From the NCBI RefSeq assembly GCF_042660705.1, contig NZ_JBHSUQ010000001.1: a DNA stretch of 40,000 bases; one strand, written 5' to 3'. The DNA is from Undibacterium arcticum. Its GTDB lineage: Bacteria > Pseudomonadota > Gammaproteobacteria > Burkholderiales > Burkholderiaceae_D. Position numbers and translations under genes: made by a program. The notes beneath the pieces were generated by a model, which was given only the letters and a program-made list of their open reading frames with translations, did not search any database and was not told the origin of the DNA. Shown piece by piece: positions 36,488 through 40,000 of this stretch (position 1 is its first letter; each line of letters begins with the position of its first letter).

Positions 36488-36542
36488 GCGTTTGGTACGT
36501 GATTGGTACGTGATTGGTGCGTGAATGTTGCGTATTGGGTGC
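36488..36542. repeat. degenerate 11-bp tandem repeat x5 (GTGATTGGTRC-like) just upstream of the CitE-like gene
   Basis: Units gcgtttggtac / gtgattggtac / gtgattggtgc / gtgaatgttgc / gtattgggtgc, beginning 5 bp from the start codon at 36483. Confidence 0.7.
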
Positions 36543-36575
36543 TGAAAGAGTTGCCGAGTTGCGGGCGATTATGTA

Positions 36576-36610
36576 GGCCGGCGGCGCTGAGAATAATAGC
36601 GCCGCCGGCC
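36576..36610 (-). terminator. 13-bp GC-rich hairpin downstream of mdh (no clear U-tract)
   Basis: GGCCGGCGGCGCT-gagaataat-AGCGCCGCCGGCC, about 37 nt after the mdh stop. Confidence 0.5.
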
Positions 36611-36646
36611 CGACCTGGTTACAGCGTCTTGCTGCCGTCGGTCGCC

Positions 36647-37720
<1,074 letters not shown>

Positions 37721-37830
37721 TCAAGTCAGCCTGATCGCTGCGGCACGCGACTGCTAAACTGAAGAGTGCGCCAAGTGTGAATGTTGTTCGCGAGTGTAGG
37801 CGGGCCGGATCGCCCTGTCAATGACTATCT

Positions 37831-37850
37831 TATGTCTTATATAAGACATA
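37831..37850. promoter_or_regulatory. perfect 20-bp palindrome TATGTCTTATATAAGACATA, a candidate GntR-family operator
   Basis: Self-complementary over all 20 nt. Contains the GT-N-AC core typical of GntR/HutC operators. Lies in the divergent mdh / GntR-regulator intergenic region, about 57 bp upstream of the regulator ATG. Confidence 0.6.
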
Positions 37851-37906
37851 TAACCAATCGCTTTTTTGCTAGACGGCAACGGGTGTTTTGTGGTGAAATC
37901 GCAGCT

Positions 37907-38697
37907 ATGAGTTCTGTCCTGCCCAATCTGGTCAACAATGGTACCTCCGCCGCGGGTGGGGCAGCGTCCGTCGCTGGCGCCTCGCCGACATTTAGCCCGT
38001 TGTATCAGCAAATCAAGGTGCTCATAACGCAGAGCCTGCAATCTGGCGAGTGGAAGCCGGGCGAAATGATTCCAAGCGAAGTCGAACTGGCGGGCCGCTT
38101 CAAGGTCAGCCAGGGCACCGTGCGCAAGGCGATCGACGAGCTGTCCGCAGAGAACCTGGTGGTGCGGCGCCAGGGCAAGGGCACCTTTGTTGCGACGCAT
38201 CACGAAGAGCGTGCCCAATTCCGTTTCCTGCGCCTGGTGCCTGACGAGGGCGAGCCGCACAATCCTGCCAATAAAATCATCGAAGTCAAGCGCTTGCGCG
38301 CGCCGGCCGAGGTCGCGCGCACGCTCGACATCAAATCCGCCGACTCCGTCGTGTTCATCAAGCGCGTCCAGTCGTTTGACGGCGCACCGACGATTCTCGA
38401 AGAGTTGTGGCTGCCGGGCGCGATCTTCAAGGGTCTGACCGCCGAGCGGCTGAACGACTACAAGGGGCCGATGTATGGCCTGTTTGAAACAGAGTTCGGG
38501 ACGCGCATGATCCGCGCGACCGAAGCGATCCGGGCGCTGAGCGCCGACGCCGAGGCGGCCCAATTGCTCGGCATCGCGCCCGGTACGCCGCTGCTGAGTG
38601 TCGAGCGGGTGTCGTTACCTATGGTGACAAGCCGGTCGAATTAAGGCGCGGCCTGTATCTGACCGCACAGCATCATTATCAGAATGAGTTGAGCTGA
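37907..38697 (+). pseudogene. GntR-family (HutC/UTRA-type) transcriptional regulator, 3' frameshift as assembled
   Basis: wHTH ...IPSEVELAGRFKVSQGTVRKAIDELSAENLVVRRQGKGTFV plus a UTRA-like C-domain. After ...LLSVERV the conserved ending ..VTYGDKPVELRRGLYLTAQHHYQNELS* continues in the -1 frame (shift near 38606-38612), with its stop at 38695-38697. Confidence 0.85.
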
Positions 38698-38835
38698 AGC
38701 GAGCCATGGATATGGGGCAAGTCCTATACAATGTGGGCCTGACTGATTGTTTACACTGCACAATTATTGGCTGTGCCGCACAAAAATCGGCGAAAATTGC
38801 ATGATTTATTTTAGTTAGACTGGGGAGTTCCTGTT

Positions 38836-39258
38836 ATGTCTGAAGCCGTAAAAGAAGTTGCCAAGAGCGACCGGCCGCAGTTCCGCAACATTCACGTTAC
38901 GCAACTGGCGCATTATCGGCTGCCACTGGCGGGTCTGGTGTCGATTCTGCATCGCATCAGTGGCCTGTTCATGTTCCTGTTGTTGCCATTCATCCTGTTC
39001 CTGCTGGACCGGAGCCTGACCTCCGAAAGTACGTTCGAGTATTTCAGGATTCTTACCTCCGGCTGGTTCGTCAAGCTGGTCATCCTGGCGCTGAGCTGGT
39101 CCTATCTGCAGCATTTCTGCGCCGGCGTGCGCCACCTCGTGATGGACCTGCATATCGGTCTCGACAAGGACTCCGCGCGTCAATCGTCGGTCGTGGTGCT
39201 GGCCGTCAGCCTGGTGCTGACAGCGCTGGTCGGGTTGAAATTAATCGGAGCGTACTGA
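38836..39258 (+). CDS. sdhC: succinate dehydrogenase cytochrome b556 subunit
   Basis: 140 aa with three TM helices. Motifs SILHRISG and HF..G.RHL. Immediately followed by sdhD and sdhA. Confidence 0.9.
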   Translation: MSEAVKEVAKSDRPQFRNIHVTQLAHYRLPLAGLVSILHRISGLFMFLLLPFILFLLDRSLTSESTFEYFRILTSGWFVKLVILALSWSYLQHFCAGVRHLVMDLHIGLDKDSARQSSVVVLAVSLVLTALVGLKLIGAY

Positions 39259-39622
39259 ATGACAAATAACAATATCGGCCCCAAGCGCCTGGTCGTCGGC
39301 GCCCATTACGGCCTCAAGGACTGGCTGGCGCAGCGCATCACGGCGATCGTGATGGCGCTGTATACGATCGTTCTCCTTATCGCATTTGACCGGCAGCAAT
39401 TTCAGCTATGACGGCTGGGCCGGGCTGTTCGCGCAGCAATGGTTCAAGATCATGACCTTCGTGGTCTTCGTCGCCTTGTTCTACCACGCCTGGGTTGGCG
39501 TGCGCGATATCTGGATGGACTATGTCAAGTCGGTATCGGTCCGGCTGGCATTGCAAGTTGCCACAATTTTGTGGCTGATCGCATGTGCCGGATGGGCGGT
39601 ACAGATTTTGTGGAGAGTGTAA
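39259..39622 (+). pseudogene. sdhD: succinate dehydrogenase membrane anchor subunit, frameshifted as assembled
   Basis: ATG 39259 gives MTNNNIGPKRLVVGAHYGLKDWLAQRITAIVMALYTIVLLIA. Reading continues in the +1 frame as [21 protein letters not shown]...[13 protein letters not shown]... The shift is at the T3 run 39385-39387. Confidence 0.85.
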
Positions 39623-39624
39623 AC

Positions 39625-40000
39625 GTGGCTGCAATCAAATCCACAATTCCTTCCCGTCGCTTCGACGCGGTGATCGTTGGCGCCGGCGGTTCCGGCATGC
39701 GTGCCTCGCTGCAATTGGCTGAGGCCGGTCTAAACGTCGCCGTACTGTCGAAAGTGTTCCCGACCCGCTCGCATACCGTTGCGGCGCAAGGCGGCATCGG
39801 CGCATCGCTCGGCAACATGTCGGAAGACAACTGGTTCTGGCACATGTTCGACACCGTCAAGGGCGGTGACTATCTGGGTGATCAGGACGCAATCGAATAC
39901 ATGTGCCGCGAAGCGCCGAAAGTCGTGTACGAGCTCGAACACTTCGGCATGCCGTTTGACCGCAACCCTGACGGCACGATTTACCAGCGTCCGTTCGGCG
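39625..40000 (+). CDS. sdhA: succinate dehydrogenase flavoprotein subunit (5' part, runs off the window)
   Basis: GTG 39625. [18 protein letters not shown] fold, [10 protein letters not shown] (His for covalent FAD), [12 protein letters not shown]-like segment. Confidence 0.9.
   Translation, partial: MAAIKSTIPSRRFDAVIVGAGGSGMRASLQLAEAGLNVAVLSKVFPTRSHTVAAQGGIGASLGNMSEDNWFWHMFDTVKGGDYLGDQDAIEYMCREAPKVVYELEHFGMPFDRNPDGTIYQRPFG

Noticed and set aside
35451-36542. CRISPR array
   Set aside because: The repeats are 11 to 15 bp, directly tandem with no spacers, and only 2 to 5 copies. There are no cas genes. Nothing elsewhere in the window has repeat-spacer architecture.

Overview
The gene content (mdh / GntR regulator / sdhCDA, acnA, DUF2863, Burkholderia-type porin) suggests a high-G+C betaproteobacterium, probably Burkholderiales or Oxalobacteraceae; this is an inference from gene content only. 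The window has four parts. (1) 1-1.7 kb holds the end of a core gene and two coupled unknown ORFs in lower-G+C DNA. (2) 1.7-18 kb is one long plus-strand catabolic cluster: a NitT/TauT-type ABC importer, two SDRs, a cupin, an alpha/beta hydrolase, an IclR regulator, a ThDP enzyme, an aspartate-dehydrogenase-like protein, an aldehyde dehydrogenase, a two-domain VOC ring-cleavage dioxygenase, an FAD monooxygenase, a Rieske oxygenase with a PDR/VanB-type reductase, and a porin. Its substrate cannot be named from sequence. (3) 18-28 kb is a mosaic accessory region of visibly lower G+C, bounded by a truncated chemoreceptor gene stub and tRNA-Pro(GGG). It carries an FRG-domain gene and a stand-alone signalling cassette of the T6SS threonine-phosphorylation type: an FHA-less TagH C-domain protein, a PP2C phosphatase, a Hanks kinase, a TssQ-like lipoprotein and a TagR-like FGE-domain protein. 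No T6SS structural genes occur in the window. The region also holds a MITE-like repeat, a stranded hydratase gene, and a three-gene islet next to the tRNA (unknown protein, HEPN RNxxxH protein, Mrr-like nuclease) that looks like an uncharacterised defence locus. (4) 28-40 kb is core: M14 peptidase, CYTH, DUF2863, acnA, a secreted MliC-like protein, a CitE-like lyase, mdh, a GntR regulator, and sdhC, sdhD and sdhA (partial). One caveat applies throughout. At least 13 single-base frameshifts, mostly in homopolymer runs, interrupt genes including the housekeeping TCA-cycle genes mdh and sdhD. I read these as assembly indel errors rather than real pseudogenes, and several gene models below are reconstructed across them.
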